The notes beneath the pieces are model-generated. The model was not told the origin of the DNA, did not search any database, and worked only from the letters and a program-made list of their open reading frames with translations. From Candidatus Latescibacterota bacterium (GTDB lineage: Bacteria > Latescibacterota > UBA2968 > UBA8231): 64,000 nt of DNA. Both the position numbers and the translations under genes were made by a program. Positions 62,331-64,000 of this stretch are shown here, piece by piece (position 1 is the stretch's first letter; every line of letters begins with the position of its first letter). The stretch spans positions 4,384,001 through 4,448,000 of the forward strand of contig OZ252098.1 of assembly GCA_965248355.1 (NCBI GenBank). Direction: 5' to 3'.

Positions 62331-63182
62331 CTACAAGGGGGCGCCCGAGGTCTGCCAGGGCTGTTCGCGGAGGTTGAGCTGGCTCAGGTTGCGGCGTTCG
62401 AACCGGGGGGCGAGGAAGCCGTAGAAGTACCAGTTCTGCATGCGGTAGGGCGTCAGGTGGTACAGGCAGCGCTCGAAGAGGTTCCAGCGTACGCGCCGGC
62501 GATCCGTCCGCCGGCTGGAGGGAACGCACCACAGGTCCATGTGGTACAGGGAGTGTCCGTAGCGGAAGATGCGGTTCAGGATCTCGTGATCGAGGAGGAC
62601 GTAGTTCCAGTGGCGGGCGGAGAAGCCGCCGGCCTTGCGCAGGGCCTCGGCGCGCATCACCTGACCGTAGCCGCCGACGAAGCCCTGGCGGCTGAAGATC
62701 CTGGACAGGGCCACGCGGGCGCCGCGCCGGAGCCGGGAGGAGGCGCTGCGCGGATCGTCGTCCGCGGGCAGGGCCATGAGGCAGACCACCCCGGGCGGCG
62801 CCTCGGCGGCCAGCCGGGCGCAGGTCTCGATGTAGTGGGCCGGGTACCAGGTGTCGGCGTCGGACAGGACGACGAAGTCGCTGGTGACGCGGGCGCAGCC
62901 GGTCTCGAGGGCGTTGGTCTTGCCGGCCCGCTCCTCCCGCATGTAGATGACCTCCAGGTCATCGGGGGAACCGACCAGCTGGCGGCAGATCTCGGCCGAG
63001 CGGTCGGTGGAGCCGTTGTCGACCAGGATCAGCTGATCGGGGCGGCGGCTCTGGCTCAGCCACGACCGCAGGGTGCGGGGGAGGAAGTCCTGTTCGTTGT
63101 AGTAGGGCAGAACGACGGCGAAGGTCGAGGACAAGGCAGCTGGTCGGGGCGGGGGAGGAGGTGCGCGGTACGAGCCGAACAA
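62331..63182 (-). CDS. GT2 family glycosyltransferase
   Basis: VVLPYYNE, LVDNGSTD, GKTNALETG, LSDADT, SSRR; alternative start TTG 63134. Confidence 0.9.
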   Translation of the reverse strand: MFGSYRAPPPPPRPAALSSTFAVVLPYYNEQDFLPRTLRSWLSQSRRPDQLILVDNGSTDRSAEICRQLVGSPDDLEVIYMREERAGKTNALETGCARVTSDFVVLSDADTWYPAHYIETCARLAAEAPPGVVCLMALPADDDPRSASSRLRRGARVALSRIFSRQGFVGGYGQVMRAEALRKAGGFSARHWNYVLLDHEILNRIFRYGHSLYHMDLWCVPSSRRTDRRRVRWNLFERCLYHLTPYRMQNWYFYGFLAPRFERRNLSQLNLREQPWQTSGAPL

Positions 63183-63311
63183 GATAGGGGACCGGAACCG
63201 GCAAGTCTACGGTGTTGTCGTCATTTCGTGACGCGGCGATTCCGGCGGGTGCGTACCTTTTGGATTGCGAGGAGGACCACCTTGCGAGGAGGACGACCTA
63301 TGGAGGATCCC

Positions 63312-64000
63312 ATGCCGCGGGACCGGGAACGGCCCCCTGGGCCGCCTCGAGGAGTGGGAGGACTTCGTCGCCGCCCGCTACGCCGGCGACCAGGCTGGCG
63401 CCGGCGAGCCCGCCTCCGGGTTCCGGGACTACGAGGGCGATGATGTCCGCCCTTCGGTGCGCGAGTTCTACCGGCAGAACCACGGCAACCAGACCCTGGC
63501 CTTCGTCATCGAGAAGAAGAGGGATTTCCTGGGCCTGCGGCGCCGCAGGATGGGGATCTGGGAGGCCATCGAGTACCTGAACGAGCTGGTGGACGACTCC
63601 GACCCCGACACCGAGCTGTCCCAGCTCGAGCACCTGCTGCAGACGTCCGAGGCGATCCGCCGGGACGGCCATCCGGACTGGTTCGTCCTCACGGGGCTGA
63701 TCCACGACCTCGGCAAGATCCTCTGCCTCTTCGGCGAGCCCCAGTGGGCCGTCGTCGGCGATACCTACCCCGTGGGCTGCGCCTTCGACGAGCGCGTCGT
63801 GTTCCACGGGTTCTTCGCCTCCAACCCCGATGCCTCGGACCCTCTGTACGCCACCCCCTGCGGCATCTACGACGAGGGCTGCGGACTCGATCGCGTGCAC
63901 ATGTCCTGGGGCCACGACGAGTACCTGTATCACGTGGTCAAGGAACACCTGCCTCTCCCCGCCCTCTACATGATCCGCTACCACTCCTTCTACGCCGTCC
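63312..64000 (+). CDS. miox: Myo-inositol oxygenase (partial, runs off window; apparent +1 frameshift near the start)
   Basis: [22 protein letters not shown]...[55 protein letters not shown]+ATG 63312 is out of frame, in-frame TTG at 63265 is an alternative. Confidence 0.9.

Noticed and set aside
59226..63443. 1405-aa plus-strand ORF
   Set aside because: Antisense shadow of the MMPL and GT2 genes; only its last codons coincide with the out-of-frame MIOX start

Overview
A gene-dense, very GC-rich bacterial window with about 36 real CDSs. No rRNA, tRNA, CRISPR array or mobile element could be recognised. The gene content (FlgD/CHU_C-type C-terminal domains, a C-terminal 'AVExxSWGRIK' tag, CRTAC1/ASPIC-UnbV proteins, a DUF6785-type membrane protein, many TPR fusions) suggests an FCB-group organism such as Latescibacterota; this is inference only. 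Positions 1-42.6 kb form a cell-envelope region: four paralogous secreted proteins ending in PNPFxPNGDG...VAY, a probable outer-membrane beta-barrel, a SurA/PpiC-like chaperone, two GT-C/TPR glycosyltransferases, two SGNH-TPR proteins that appear to start at CTG, two FG-GAP proteins and a YetA/PcRGLX-like lyase. I propose this is an undescribed secretion and substrate-capture module. Positions 42.6-48.9 kb hold a cytoplasmic three-gene glycan-catabolism-like operon. Positions 49-64 kb hold a glycolipid/polysaccharide cluster with GT4s, a flippase, a methyltransferase, DUF3047, an SqdX-like GT4, a PAP2-like protein, a decayed PlcP/LpxH-like pseudogene, an MMPL transporter and a GT2, ending in a myo-inositol oxygenase with an apparent +1 frameshift. 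All family calls come from motif recognition by eye, not from database searches.
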